Positions 1-9,730 of a stretch of DNA of 64,000 nt are shown here, one piece after another. A program made the position numbers and the translations under genes. The DNA comes from an uncultured Acetobacteraceae bacterium (GTDB taxonomy: Bacteria; Pseudomonadota; Alphaproteobacteria; Acetobacterales; Acetobacteraceae), in assembly GCA_946476985.1 (NCBI GenBank), contig CAMKWS010000002.1, positions 121,958 to 185,957 on the forward strand, given 5' to 3'. How positions within the stretch are numbered: position 1 is the first letter of the stretch; each line of letters opens with the position of its first letter. The notes beneath the pieces were generated by a model. That model ran no database searches. It saw only the letters and a list, made by a program, of their open reading frames with translations, and was not told the origin of the DNA.

Positions 1-465
1 TGCCCGAAAAGAGAAGCGACGCACTTCTAAAATTGTCGCAAGATTATTTACCGCCAGAGCAATCATTCCCACAGCCCAAAGGCTTAACCCAACCATGGGC
101 ATAACCGGCAACAGCAACACACCGCCTAGCAACAGCACAAACCCCATACGTGAAAACGCAGGAAAAGCCATCGCCTCAACACCGAGCAGACCAGGCAGAA
201 ACCAATGTGCCATCCCCCCTAAAAAGGCGGGACAAACAACGTAAAAGCTCATCAACAACGCATGCGATGCAACAACACCTTGCGAGGCCTGCACATGCAA
301 AAAGGGAAGCCCAAGCACGCCCCCAAGCACACCAGCGAATAACGCTAGTAAGAAAAAGGCCCCACCTGCCCCAACATAATGACGGGCAGGAACACGCTGA
401 GATAATGGCTCGAAAATCACTTTAATATACGCCAGCTCTGTAAAAACCGTCCAATTTCGCCACAT
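1..465 (-). CDS. heme-copper oxidase subunit I-like membrane protein, N-terminal 155 codons only (continues past window start)
   Basis: Absent from the ORF track because it is open at the window edge. My translation of the minus strand from ATG 465..463 (in-frame TAA at 468..466) has no stop down to base 1: MWRNWTVFTELAYIKVIFEPLSQRVPARHYVGAGGAFFLLALFAGVLGG...ASHALLMSFYVVCPAFLGGMAHWFLPGLLGVEAMAFPAFSRMGFVLLL... This parallels the COX1/CyoB helix II-III pattern AHAFxMIFFxVMPxxIGGFGNWxxPLMIGAPDMAFPRxNNxSFWLL. It is very hydrophobic, and the opposite-strand ORF 150..425 looks like a shadow. Confidence 0.5.
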   Translation of the reverse strand, partial: MWRNWTVFTELAYIKVIFEPLSQRVPARHYVGAGGAFFLLALFAGVLGGVLGLPFLHVQASQGVVASHALLMSFYVVCPAFLGGMAHWFLPGLLGVEAMAFPAFSRMGFVLLLGGVLLLPVMPMVGLSLWAVGMIALAVNNLATILEVRRFSFRA

Positions 466-540
466 TTACAAGAGAAAATCCCTCACCTTTCTGTGCTAGA
501 CTCCTGAGAATGGTCATCCCCTTGTATAAGCGCTGTCTTT

Positions 541-1197
541 CTACTTACCCCCGTTATGCGGCAATGTCACGAGGGTGAAGAGGCCAAAAGGCGGCACGTC
601 TGTTATCGTAGCTTGAGACATGTCCCCTGGCGACAAGAGTGTTTCAATTGCAAAATCTGGATGCCACCCCAAAGCACGAGAGGCACGAGCCATATTTCGT
701 TCTACCCATAAACGTGCACCACTCTGCGCAAGAAAATGGTTTACAAACAGAATATATCCTCCAGGCCGCACAACACGTTTTAATTCAGCTAAAAGCCGGT
801 CCGGATGCGGCACAACAGAGGCTACAAACATCCCAACCGCAATATCAAACTGCTGATTTTCAAAACTTGTCGCCTCAGCATCCATCACCATAAGCGCATC
901 AATATTGCTAAGCTTCTCACGTTGAACACGCTGCCTCGCACGGGCGAGCATATCCTCAGAAAGGTCGATACCGGTAATGCGTTTCTCTAAGTTATAATGA
1001 GGGAGTGCGAGACCTGTTCCCACCCCCACCTCAAGCACATTTGTTCCAGGCAAAGCATTTACCGCAGCCACAGCACGTTTGCGCCCATGCGCTGATATAC
1101 CGCCAAAAACTACATCATACATACGCGCCCAGCGACGATACGCTAAGCGGACACTCTCAGCATCCAGAGACGGACGTGACGGAAAGGAAGACACCAT
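541..1197 (-). CDS. class I SAM-dependent methyltransferase, probably phosphatidylethanolamine N-methyltransferase (Rhodobacter-type PmtA family)
   Basis: 218 aa ORF with the SAM-binding motif VLEVGVGTGLALP and N-terminal AYRRWARMYDVVFG typical of UbiE-like PmtA-type enzymes. The PmtA assignment is from memory of the family. Confidence 0.6.
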   Translation of the reverse strand: MVSSFPSRPSLDAESVRLAYRRWARMYDVVFGGISAHGRKRAVAAVNALPGTNVLEVGVGTGLALPHYNLEKRITGIDLSEDMLARARQRVQREKLSNIDALMVMDAEATSFENQQFDIAVGMFVASVVPHPDRLLAELKRVVRPGGYILFVNHFLAQSGARLWVERNMARASRALGWHPDFAIETLLSPGDMSQATITDVPPFGLFTLVTLPHNGGK

Positions 1198-1367
1198 AAA
1201 TACACGGCCTCACCCATCGCCCAGACAGGGCTATGATCACTACTATTTTAGTAGCTTTCCTCCTTTTTGCGCCGCATCCCCCTTGGCTGGCAAGCCATCT
1301 ACCTAATATTATACGAAAAAATTATTTTACCGGCACTCTCTACATAAGCCCCCAAGAGGAGCACTCT

Positions 1368-1625
1368 ATGCCCCTATTTGAAATCGTGATTATCATTGCT
1401 GTATTTATTACATGGCCGATGATTTTTATTATTTATCACCGCAAAAAAATTATCCCGTGGCTTTCCAATAAATTCATCCCTGACAAACCTATTAAACAAG
1501 ATGTCATTAAGGATGGCTTTTTCTCCGATGGCACTCCTATCCCCTTTAGGGATAATCTTTACCCACCCAGCAAAGAAAACATACAAACACCGCCTCAACC
1601 AGAAGATAAAAAAAACGAGGGATAA
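1368..1625 (+). CDS. hypothetical small membrane protein (85 aa, one predicted TM helix)
   Basis: Internal ATG of track ORF 1233..1625, preceded by GAGGAG (1357..1362). It begins MPLFEIVIIIAVFITWPMIFIIYHRKK, a TM helix plus positive anchor, followed by a Pro/Lys-rich tail. It lies in a visibly AT-rich patch and its last codons are inside the gshB terminator hairpin, so it may be spurious. Confidence 0.35.
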   Translation: MPLFEIVIIIAVFITWPMIFIIYHRKKIIPWLSNKFIPDKPIKQDVIKDGFFSDGTPIPFRDNLYPPSKENIQTPPQPEDKKNEG

Positions 1626-1637
1626 TATCCCTCGTTT
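1608..1637 (-). terminator. intrinsic terminator downstream of gshB
   Basis: Perfect stem acgagggat (1615..1623) / atccctcgt (1627..1635) with a 3-nt loop. On the minus strand it is followed by a U8 tract (A-run 1608..1615 on +). Confidence 0.75.
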
Positions 1638-1648
1638 CATTAACATCA

Positions 1649-2635
1649 TTATTTCAAGCGCTGCTCAATACTATCCCAAATCACCCCAGCACTATTAATA
1701 CCGTCAAAACGGTCTAACTCTTGTAGGCCCGTCGGAGACGTAACGTTAATTTCCGTCAACCAATCTCCAATCACATCAATCCCCGTAAAGATCAGGCCAT
1801 GTTTTTTAAGATATGGTCCGATTGCAGCGCAGATTTCTTTATCACGTTCAGTCAATGCCACACGCTCAGCACGGCCACCAACATGCATATTAGACCGAGC
1901 ATCACCCTGAGCTGGGATACGATTAATGGCACCAATTGGCTGACCATCTACGAGAATAATTCGCTTATCACCTAGCCGGACAGCAGGCTCATAACGCTGC
2001 ACCATTAATGGCTCGCGGGACTGCGAAAAATGCATCTCTAACAGTGAAGAAAAATTCTCATCATCTTCCTTCACCCGAAAGATCCCTGCTCCTCCATTCC
2101 CATAAAGAGGCTTAAGGATGATGTCTTTATACTTCTGGCGGAAGGCCGCAATAGCTGCTCTGTCCCATGTTACGAGGGTTGGCGGCATAAGATGGGGAAA
2201 ATGTGTGACCAGCAATTTCTCTGGAGCATTACGAACAGATACCGGATCATTCACGACCAGAGCCTGACCTGCACCTGTACCGTGGATATGCTCCAGCATA
2301 TGAGTTGCTGTGATGTACCCCATATCAAATGGCGGATCTTGGCGCATCAAGATCACATCAAAAGATCCAAGGTCGAGCACTTCCTCAGCACCAAAACTAG
2401 CATGTTTGCCTTTTTTGCGCTGCACCTTTACTACATGCCCACGAGCTTGCAGGCGGCTAGAGACACCCTTGCCTTCCATCAAACTCAGCGTTGTAGGGTG
2501 ATATACATAAAGCTCATACCCTCGACTTTGCGCCTCTAACATCAGCGCAAATGTAGAATCCGCATCAATATTAACATCTTCCAGCGGGTCCATCTGAACG
2601 GCCACACGGCGAGGAAACAGGGACGACTGAACCAT
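1649..2635 (-). CDS. gshB: glutathione synthetase
   Basis: 328 aa. N-terminus VAVQMDPLEDVNIDADSTFALMLEAQSRG matches the GshB pattern (E. coli GIVMDPIANINIKKDSSFAMLLEAQRRG), with an ATP-grasp C-terminal half. Confidence 0.9.
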   Translation of the reverse strand: MVQSSLFPRRVAVQMDPLEDVNIDADSTFALMLEAQSRGYELYVYHPTTLSLMEGKGVSSRLQARGHVVKVQRKKGKHASFGAEEVLDLGSFDVILMRQDPPFDMGYITATHMLEHIHGTGAGQALVVNDPVSVRNAPEKLLVTHFPHLMPPTLVTWDRAAIAAFRQKYKDIILKPLYGNGGAGIFRVKEDDENFSSLLEMHFSQSREPLMVQRYEPAVRLGDKRIILVDGQPIGAINRIPAQGDARSNMHVGGRAERVALTERDKEICAAIGPYLKKHGLIFTGIDVIGDWLTEINVTSPTGLQELDRFDGINSAGVIWDSIEQRLK

Positions 2636-2703
2636 AAAATAAACTCCGCAATAAGCAGTTCAGATCAGGCTAAAGCCTGTAAATACTCAAACCTTTAAGC
2701 TAA

Positions 2704-3198
2704 CTAAACCGGATAAGTGATGGAGATAACCTCCACCAATACCGGCCCTGAAGGCGTATGCAGTGTCACCTCATCACCAACTCGTGCCTTCATCAACGCA
2801 CGAGCGATAGGCGATTGCAGACTAACCTCACCTCTTGTGAGTTCTGCCTCATCCACACCTAAAATCGTCACCGTGGTGTGACGATCTTCTTCATCTGCAT
2901 AGCAAACAGTCGCCCCAAAAAAGACACGCTCACGATTTGTTTGCGCTGCGGGATCAACAATAACGGCTTGGTCTAACCGTTTTGTCAGAAAGCGCAAGCG
3001 TCGGTCAATCTCTCGTAAACGCCGCTTACCATACTGGTAATCTGCATTTTCGGAGCGGTCTCCATTGCTGGCCGCCCATGACACGACCTCAACAACCTGT
3101 GGGCGTTCTTTTTGGGTAAGATGTTTTAATTCCTGCCGCATCGTCTCTGCCCCACGAGGGGAAAGATAACGATGAAGAGCGATTTTCTCACCAGCCAT
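2704..3198 (-). CDS. greB: transcription elongation (cleavage) factor GreB
   Basis: 164 aa. SWAASNGDRSENADYQYGKRRLREIDRRLRFL is nearly identical to the E. coli GreB coiled-coil tip. Confidence 0.85.
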   Translation of the reverse strand: MAGEKIALHRYLSPRGAETMRQELKHLTQKERPQVVEVVSWAASNGDRSENADYQYGKRRLREIDRRLRFLTKRLDQAVIVDPAAQTNRERVFFGATVCYADEEDRHTTVTILGVDEAELTRGEVSLQSPIARALMKARVGDEVTLHTPSGPVLVEVISITYPV

Positions 3199-3207
3199 GA
3201 TTACGGC

Positions 3208-4131
3208 TCACTCCTCCCCCGCAAGGCGGGCCGTTTCAACACGGAAATTCATCATCCCCCCGCAAGACTGTCCCGGCTGCAACACATGCACGCCACGCCC
3301 TGCAATCTCTGGGCGGTTTATCGCATCTGTCATGCTCGTTACAGGTTCTACAGCGATATAACCTTCCTGCATTTGTGCAAAAACCACTAAATGCGAGAAA
3401 ATACCATCAGCCTCAATCGTCACATTAGGAAAGCTACCAGGCTGCTCAAGCTGGGCCACACCACCGAAAGCGGCAAAGCAATTATCCATCACCCGCCCAT
3501 CTAAAACCTGCCCTTTAGAGAAAGACCACTCCCCTTCACATGGCGCTTCATCAACAGGAAGACCTTGCGCGTCTGTCAGCCACACTTTTTCTGCATTGAA
3601 GGTCAAACGCGCTCCTGCCGCGGCTGCAAAAAAGGGATGAAATCCCAACCCCACAGGCTGAGCCACCTTATCTCGATTCTCCACAACGATAGACACACAA
3701 AGCCCATCAGCTCGCAGCTCATACGACAGCGCCGCACGATACGCATAAGGCCATTCCCGCTTTGCTGCCTCTTGTTCTGCCCCCTCTAAAACGTCTGGAT
3801 TATGGTCAAAATGCAAAACAACATGCGTGTCTGTCTTATGTACGACTTTCCAACTATGCTCCCAGCTATTGCCATGAATAGGATGCGGGCAGCCTTCCAT
3901 ATTTGGTGTAAGATAGTGTTCCTCCCCTCCAAATGAAAAGCGCCCCGCTGCAAGGCGATTCACATATGGAAGAAGAGGATACCCCCCTACAGCCACGCCA
4001 TTTTGCCGACGCAGAGCAGGGTTACTTACAGGATGAAGAATATCATGCTCTTTCACCTGCCATTGCCCAATGGCACCGCCTGTCTCAGGCAGGATAGTCA
4101 AACGCTGCGTGTTATTTTTAAGCTCAAGCAT
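3208..4131 (-). CDS. aldose 1-epimerase family protein
   Basis: 307 aa with the mutarotase-like motifs HGNSW and GLGFHPFF. Confidence 0.75.
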   Translation of the reverse strand: MLELKNNTQRLTILPETGGAIGQWQVKEHDILHPVSNPALRRQNGVAVGGYPLLPYVNRLAAGRFSFGGEEHYLTPNMEGCPHPIHGNSWEHSWKVVHKTDTHVVLHFDHNPDVLEGAEQEAAKREWPYAYRAALSYELRADGLCVSIVVENRDKVAQPVGLGFHPFFAAAAGARLTFNAEKVWLTDAQGLPVDEAPCEGEWSFSKGQVLDGRVMDNCFAAFGGVAQLEQPGSFPNVTIEADGIFSHLVVFAQMQEGYIAVEPVTSMTDAINRPEIAGRGVHVLQPGQSCGGMMNFRVETARLAGEE

Positions 4132-4133
4132 GA

Positions 4134-6257
4134 TTACCCCTTCTGTTTCCCTGTCGTATTCTTACGTGTTTTTGTAGCTATATTATTGCCTATTACGGAC
4201 TGGCTCACCAACCCAATATCGCTTGCCTCGCGCCGATGTATCTCATCACGCAAGGCTGCTGCTTGTTCAAAATCTAGCTCAGCCGCAGCCTCACGCATTT
4301 TCTTGCGCAATTGATCAATCGTAAGTTGTGGCTCAGCCTCCGCCTTCGACGCTTTCCCTGCAACTTCCTCTTGGAAAAGAGTATCACTTATTCGGCTACG
4401 GACTGTCTGTGGCGTAATACCGTGAGCTTCATTCCAAGCGATTTGTTTCTCACGACGACGAGCTGTTTCTTCAATCGCATAGCGCAAGCTATCCGTTTCT
4501 TTATCAGCATATAGTAATACACGGCCATTCACATTACGCGCTGCACGCCCAATTGTCTGCACAAGAGACGTGCGAGAACGTAGGAAGCCCTCTTTATCCG
4601 CATCCAAAATCGCTACCAACGCACATTCAGGAATATCAAGCCCTTCTCGCAACAAGTTAATGCCTATTAAGACATCAAATGTTCCTAGACGCAGGTCACG
4701 AATAATCTCCATGCGCTCAAGCGTATCAATATCAGAATGAAGATAACGTACCTTTACACCATGCTCCGAAAGATATTCGGTGAGGTCTTCTGCCATACGT
4801 TTAGTAAGCGTTGTGACCAATACACGCCCGCCATCGGCAATAGTCGCCTTAGCCTCATGTAAGAGGTCATCCACCTGCCCCTCCACAGGTCGTATAATCG
4901 TAATAGGGTCGGTGAGACCTGTTGGACGGATGATCTGCTCAGCAAAAACGCCTTCTGTTTGCTCCATCTCCCACGGCCCTGGTGTTGCCGAAACGAAGAT
5001 ACTTTGCGGGCGGAAGGCATCCCACTCCGAAAAGGAGAGCGGCCGGTTATCCAAACAAGATGGCAAACGAAAGCCAAAATCTGTCAATGTTTCTTTACGC
5101 GCCCTATCGCCACGTTCCATCCCACCAATTTGCGGCACACCGACATGGCTTTCATCCACAATCAACAGCGCATCTTCCGGCAGATACTCAAATAATGTTG
5201 GTGGCGGGTCTCCCGGACGGCGCCCTGAGAGGTAGCGAGAGTAATTCTCAATCCCCTTGCATACACCTGTTGTCTCCAACATTTCCAAGTCAAAATTCGT
5301 GCGTTGGAGAATACGCTCCTCCTCCAACGGTTTATTCTCATCCTTAAAATAGATCAGCCTTTTTTGAAGCTCATCTTTAATACTGACCATCGCTTGGTTC
5401 AGAGTTGGACGAGGTGTTACATAATGCGAATTAGCATACAGGCTAACCTCACCAAGATCAGCCGTTTTCTCACCTGTTAAGGGGTCAAACTCCGTAATAG
5501 CCTCAATCTCATCACCAAAGAGGCTCACACGCCATGCGCGGTCTTCATTCTGCACAGGGTAGATATCAACCACTTCTCCCCGTACACGAAAGCAACCACG
5601 GTCAAACGCCATATCGTTACGCTGGTATTGCAGCTCCACCAGCCCACGGATCATATCATCCCGCTCAATCGTCTCACCTGCTTTCAGATGAATCTTCATC
5701 CGTGCGTAAGATTCCGGCGAGCCGATACCGTAAATGCACGAGACGGACGCTACGATGATAACATCATTCCGCTCAAGCAAAGCCTGCGTTGCGGCATGGC
5801 GCATTCGATCGATCCGCTCATTCCGCTGGCTATCTTTCTCAATAAACGTGTCTGAACGGGGAACATATGCTTCTGGCTGGTAATAATCATAGTAAGACAC
5901 AAAATATTCCACCGCATTATCGGGGAAGAATTGCTTCATCTCACTATAAAGCTGTGCCGCAAGGGTTTTATTGGGCGCCATGATAAGTGTCGGGCGTTGT
6001 GCTGCCTCAATCACCTTCGCCATGGTGAAGGTCTTCCCAGAGCCTGTCACCCCCATGAGCACTTGGTCTCTCTCTCCAGCCTCTAACCCAGCTAAAAGAG
6101 AGGCGATCGCCTGTGGCTGATCACCAGAGGGCTCATAGTCAGACTTTACAACAAACCGATTAATCTTCGGCTTAGCGGGTTGTTTATCTGGGAAAAAATC
6201 CGTTTGCCGTGGGGCAATGGGTTTTTTCTTTTTTCGGGAAGAAGAACGTACTGCCAT
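4134..6257 (-). CDS. uvrB: excinuclease ABC subunit B
   Basis: Motifs [18 protein letters not shown] (Walker A), the DESH box and a C-terminal UVR motif ([14 protein letters not shown]). Start taken at ATG 6257 (AGGA just upstream); the track ORF extends to GTG 6290. Confidence 0.95.
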   Translation of the reverse strand: MAVRSSSRKKKKPIAPRQTDFFPDKQPAKPKINRFVVKSDYEPSGDQPQAIASLLAGLEAGERDQVLMGVTGSGKTFTMAKVIEAAQRPTLIMAPNKTLAAQLYSEMKQFFPDNAVEYFVSYYDYYQPEAYVPRSDTFIEKDSQRNERIDRMRHAATQALLERNDVIIVASVSCIYGIGSPESYARMKIHLKAGETIERDDMIRGLVELQYQRNDMAFDRGCFRVRGEVVDIYPVQNEDRAWRVSLFGDEIEAITEFDPLTGEKTADLGEVSLYANSHYVTPRPTLNQAMVSIKDELQKRLIYFKDENKPLEEERILQRTNFDLEMLETTGVCKGIENYSRYLSGRRPGDPPPTLFEYLPEDALLIVDESHVGVPQIGGMERGDRARKETLTDFGFRLPSCLDNRPLSFSEWDAFRPQSIFVSATPGPWEMEQTEGVFAEQIIRPTGLTDPITIIRPVEGQVDDLLHEAKATIADGGRVLVTTLTKRMAEDLTEYLSEHGVKVRYLHSDIDTLERMEIIRDLRLGTFDVLIGINLLREGLDIPECALVAILDADKEGFLRSRTSLVQTIGRAARNVNGRVLLYADKETDSLRYAIEETARRREKQIAWNEAHGITPQTVRSRISDTLFQEEVAGKASKAEAEPQLTIDQLRKKMREAAAELDFEQAAALRDEIHRREASDIGLVSQSVIGNNIATKTRKNTTGKQKG

Positions 6258-6334
6258 TGTTCCTAAATGGGGCAGAACGCCCCACCCCACAAGGCTTGCA
6301 GTTGGAAAATTTCTTTCCCCCTGCCTTCACACAC

Positions 6335-7726
6335 CTAACTAACGGGCTTTACCCGTGCTTTCTGCAATGCTTCTTTCTGGCGTGCCGCAAGAAGCTCTAC
6401 ACTGAAATCATCTGTGAGCTCATGAAATAACTCATGCCAATTCACACATGCACCTAACCGTAGAAAGGCACTACCCAGCCCTATAGCCGAGCGGTCCAGC
6501 ATGACAAATTCTCTTGGCAAGGTCACACCACCTGTGCGCTTAAGCCCTTCATAAACTTTCTCAAGGACCTTACGTGCCTCTTGAGGATTGTTCGTCTCCT
6601 CCACATTACAGACCTCATCCTTCATTAAAGGACGATAGAAGAAGCGCGCCCACTCATTCAGCACTGAGGCTGTCTCACGGGAGATATTTTTAAAGCCCCA
6701 ATCATGATACGCTTCATAAGCGCGGTCGTCATCACCGTCCCGCAGAGCTGTGAAGAGAGATAACACCCCGCCAATAAAACGCGGAGAGAAAATACGCACC
6801 GCACCAAAATCGAGCAAGTTTAACCCACCATCATCTCGGATGGTAAAGTTACCCATATGCGGGTCACCATGAATCACCCCATATTGATAAACAGGCTTAT
6901 ACCACGCACGGAACAGCGCCTTGGCAATATCATTACGTTCTTCTTGTGAAAGATTTTCCGCCAGAACAGACTTCATAGACCGCCCTGGTGTCCATGCCAT
7001 TGTCAGCAGACGTGAGGTGGTTAACTCCTCTACAGGTTCTGGAACACTCACCTCCGCAACATCTTTCAGCATCAAACGATAGAGGCGCAAATGACTAGCC
7101 TCACGGGTGTAGTCCAACTCCTCCCGCATACGCTCGGCAAGCTCGGTATAAACTTCATCTTGCCGGATGGCACTCCCCACAAGGCTGAACACCCCAAGAC
7201 CTCGCTTCAACTGCCGAAGGTCTTGTTCCATAGCTCCTGTCATGCCGGGATATTGCAGCTTACAAGCGACCTCCCGTCCATCCGCCAACGCCGCCCGATG
7301 CACCTGCCCAAGAGATGCAGCTGCAACGGCCTCATGACTAAATGAGCGGAAGTGACTTTCCCACCCTGCACCAAGCTCTGCCCGCATACGCCGCTGGACA
7401 AACCCCCACCCCATAGACGGTGCATTCGCCTGCAGATGAGCCAGTGCTTCAGCGTATTCCTCCGGCAAGGCTCCTGGAATTGTTGATAAAAGCTGAGCCG
7501 CTTTCATCATCGGGCCTTTTAACGAGCCTAAAAGGGCACGTAGCTCTTCCGCATGATTAGCCTTATTGCCCCGTAAGCCGAGCTTATGACCCGCCATGCG
7601 TGCCGCCACACCACCAACCGCACTGGATGCACGAATCATTCGCTGCACATTATCGACAAAACCCGTTTTATCGAGGTCCCGTTCATGCGCCATTTCACTA
7701 CCCTTTTCGAGTGAGGGTTTTGACAA
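6335..7726 (-). CDS. ABC1/UbiB (AarF) family atypical kinase
   Basis: 463 aa. SLGQVHRA...EVACKLQYPG and the HGDPHMGNF motif are characteristic of ABC1 kinases. Confidence 0.8.
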   Translation of the reverse strand: MSKPSLEKGSEMAHERDLDKTGFVDNVQRMIRASSAVGGVAARMAGHKLGLRGNKANHAEELRALLGSLKGPMMKAAQLLSTIPGALPEEYAEALAHLQANAPSMGWGFVQRRMRAELGAGWESHFRSFSHEAVAAASLGQVHRAALADGREVACKLQYPGMTGAMEQDLRQLKRGLGVFSLVGSAIRQDEVYTELAERMREELDYTREASHLRLYRLMLKDVAEVSVPEPVEELTTSRLLTMAWTPGRSMKSVLAENLSQEERNDIAKALFRAWYKPVYQYGVIHGDPHMGNFTIRDDGGLNLLDFGAVRIFSPRFIGGVLSLFTALRDGDDDRAYEAYHDWGFKNISRETASVLNEWARFFYRPLMKDEVCNVEETNNPQEARKVLEKVYEGLKRTGGVTLPREFVMLDRSAIGLGSAFLRLGACVNWHELFHELTDDFSVELLAARQKEALQKARVKPVS

Positions 7727-7770
7727 TTCTAATATCTAGGCCACCCCGCAGGGCGGCCTATTCCTTCATC

Positions 7771-9624
7771 TTAAAGTGCCGGAGCTGCCTCTAATTGGTC
7801 AATCAGACCAGAGATAACATCAAGTCCACGATTCCAAAATGCAGGATCGCCCGCATTAAGGCCAAATGGCGCTAACAACTCTTGATGGCGCAAAGTACCG
7901 CCTGCGGCCAGCATCTCCTTATACTTCTCTGCAAAACCTTCTGGCTGATCCTGGTACACGCCATAAAGTGCATTTACCAAGCAATCACCAAACGCATAGG
8001 CATAAACATAGAAAGGCGCATGGATGAAATGCGGAATATATGACCAATAAAGGTCATAATCCGGCGTAAAGTTAAAGATAGGCCCCAGGCTGCGTGTTTG
8101 CACATCACGCCATATCTTACCCAGTTTCTCGGCTGAAACTTCACCCTTACGGCGCTCATCATGCACCTGTACCTCAAACTGGTAGAAGGCAATCTGCCGC
8201 ACAACAGTGTTGAGCATATCTTCCACTTTAGACGCCAACAAATGATGACGACGCTGCGGAGAGGTTTCAGCCTCCAATAAAGATTGGAAAGTCAGCATCT
8301 CACCAAAGACAGATGCCGTTTCTGCCAATGTGAGAGGCGTAGACGAGCGAAGATAACCCTGCTTTTGCCCTGCAAGAAGCTGATGAATCCCATGGCCCAT
8401 CTCATGAGCCAGTGTCATCACATCCCGTGCCCGACCGTGATAATTCATCAATAAATAAGGATGAGCAGAAGGCACAACGGGATGCGCAAACGCCCCAGAG
8501 GATTTCCCCGGGACAGCTGCGGCATCAATCCATGGGTTTGTAAGGAACTTATTGGCATAAGCTCCCATATCTGCATCGAAGCTCTGGTAAGCATTATAGA
8601 CAATCTTTTTCCCTGCTTCCCAGTCAATCCGCTTATCTTCAACATTTGGCAAAGGAGCGTTGCGGTCCCAATGCTCTAGCTTATCAAGGCCAAGCCAACG
8701 AGCCTTCATGCTGTAATAACGATGAGACAAACGTGGGAAAGAACTCTCAACCGCTTGGGTAAGAGCATCCACAACCTCATCTTCCACCATATTCGCACGA
8801 TTGCGACTACTCACAGGGCGAGGATACCCCCGCATTGTATCTATTGTTGCCTTATCTTTAGCTAATGTATTGGTGATGCCCACCAGCAATTTATTGTGCT
8901 TAGCTAAGGTAGCACTAATCGCCTTTGCTGCCTTTTCACGCTCTGCCCGATTACTGTCTGTCAGCCGATTAAAGACCTCCCCTAACGGATAATCTTTCCC
9001 ATCTAGATGCGCTGTCAGCCCGGCCATCGTTTCGTCAAAAAGACGCACCCACGCATTCCGCCCAGAGACGGAGAGGTCCATCAACACACGCTCCACCTCA
9101 TCAGAAAGCTGATAAGGCTGGAAAACGCGCAAATCACGCAAATAAGGCTTCCAAGAAGCAAGCTCTTTATTCGCCGCAAACCCGGCCTCCAGCGCGGCAT
9201 CATCCAACCGATTCAACTCTAAGGGAAAGAAGAGCAAATGAGCCGAAATCTCTGTTGAGCGTTCACGCACACTCTGCGCAAAACGCCCACAAGCTGCATC
9301 TGTCGTATGGGCAGCAAAAAGAAGCTGGGCATAAGAACCTATCTTGCCCAGACCTTCTTCTATCTCTTCATAACAAGTCAACGCCTCTACCAGATCAGCT
9401 GGGGAAGCCTCTTTCAATGCACCCTTCCAACGTGCAGCAAATGCCTCTGCCTGCTGACTGAGCCGCGTGAAGTCTGCCTCAATAGCTGGATCATCAGGGG
9501 CTGCATATAGGTCTGAAAGATCCCACCGTGGGGCGGGCATAGGCCCCTGCAATGCAGCAGTAGATGTACCTGCATGACTGTGCAGAGGAGATGCGAAACG
9601 GGGCATGAAAAGTGATGTCGTCAT
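7771..9624 (-). CDS. pepF: M3 family oligoendopeptidase (PepF-like)
   Basis: 617 aa with the zinc site HEMGHGIH and overall M3B architecture. Confidence 0.85.
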   Translation of the reverse strand: MTTSLFMPRFASPLHSHAGTSTAALQGPMPAPRWDLSDLYAAPDDPAIEADFTRLSQQAEAFAARWKGALKEASPADLVEALTCYEEIEEGLGKIGSYAQLLFAAHTTDAACGRFAQSVRERSTEISAHLLFFPLELNRLDDAALEAGFAANKELASWKPYLRDLRVFQPYQLSDEVERVLMDLSVSGRNAWVRLFDETMAGLTAHLDGKDYPLGEVFNRLTDSNRAEREKAAKAISATLAKHNKLLVGITNTLAKDKATIDTMRGYPRPVSSRNRANMVEDEVVDALTQAVESSFPRLSHRYYSMKARWLGLDKLEHWDRNAPLPNVEDKRIDWEAGKKIVYNAYQSFDADMGAYANKFLTNPWIDAAAVPGKSSGAFAHPVVPSAHPYLLMNYHGRARDVMTLAHEMGHGIHQLLAGQKQGYLRSSTPLTLAETASVFGEMLTFQSLLEAETSPQRRHHLLASKVEDMLNTVVRQIAFYQFEVQVHDERRKGEVSAEKLGKIWRDVQTRSLGPIFNFTPDYDLYWSYIPHFIHAPFYVYAYAFGDCLVNALYGVYQDQPEGFAEKYKEMLAAGGTLRHQELLAPFGLNAGDPAFWNRGLDVISGLIDQLEAAPAL

Positions 9625-9730
9625 ACTCCATAGACTACCCTCACAACCGCGCTATGAAAACTCCCTTTTGCCTTCACAGCCACGTCATGCCCACTGTTTC
9701 TTTTATAAACGCTCCCTCGCCTCTCTCTCC

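Noticed and set aside
150-425. 91-aa + strand ORF rich in K/R/Q/H/P
   Set aside because: It lies exactly antisense to a hydrophobic oxidase-like ORF that has clear family signatures. Its composition is typical of a shadow frame.
1233-1367. N-terminal extension of the small ORF (track start 1233)
   Set aside because: There is no RBS at 1233, while the internal ATG 1368 has GAGGAG at the right spacing. The extension would run through the likely divergent promoter region.
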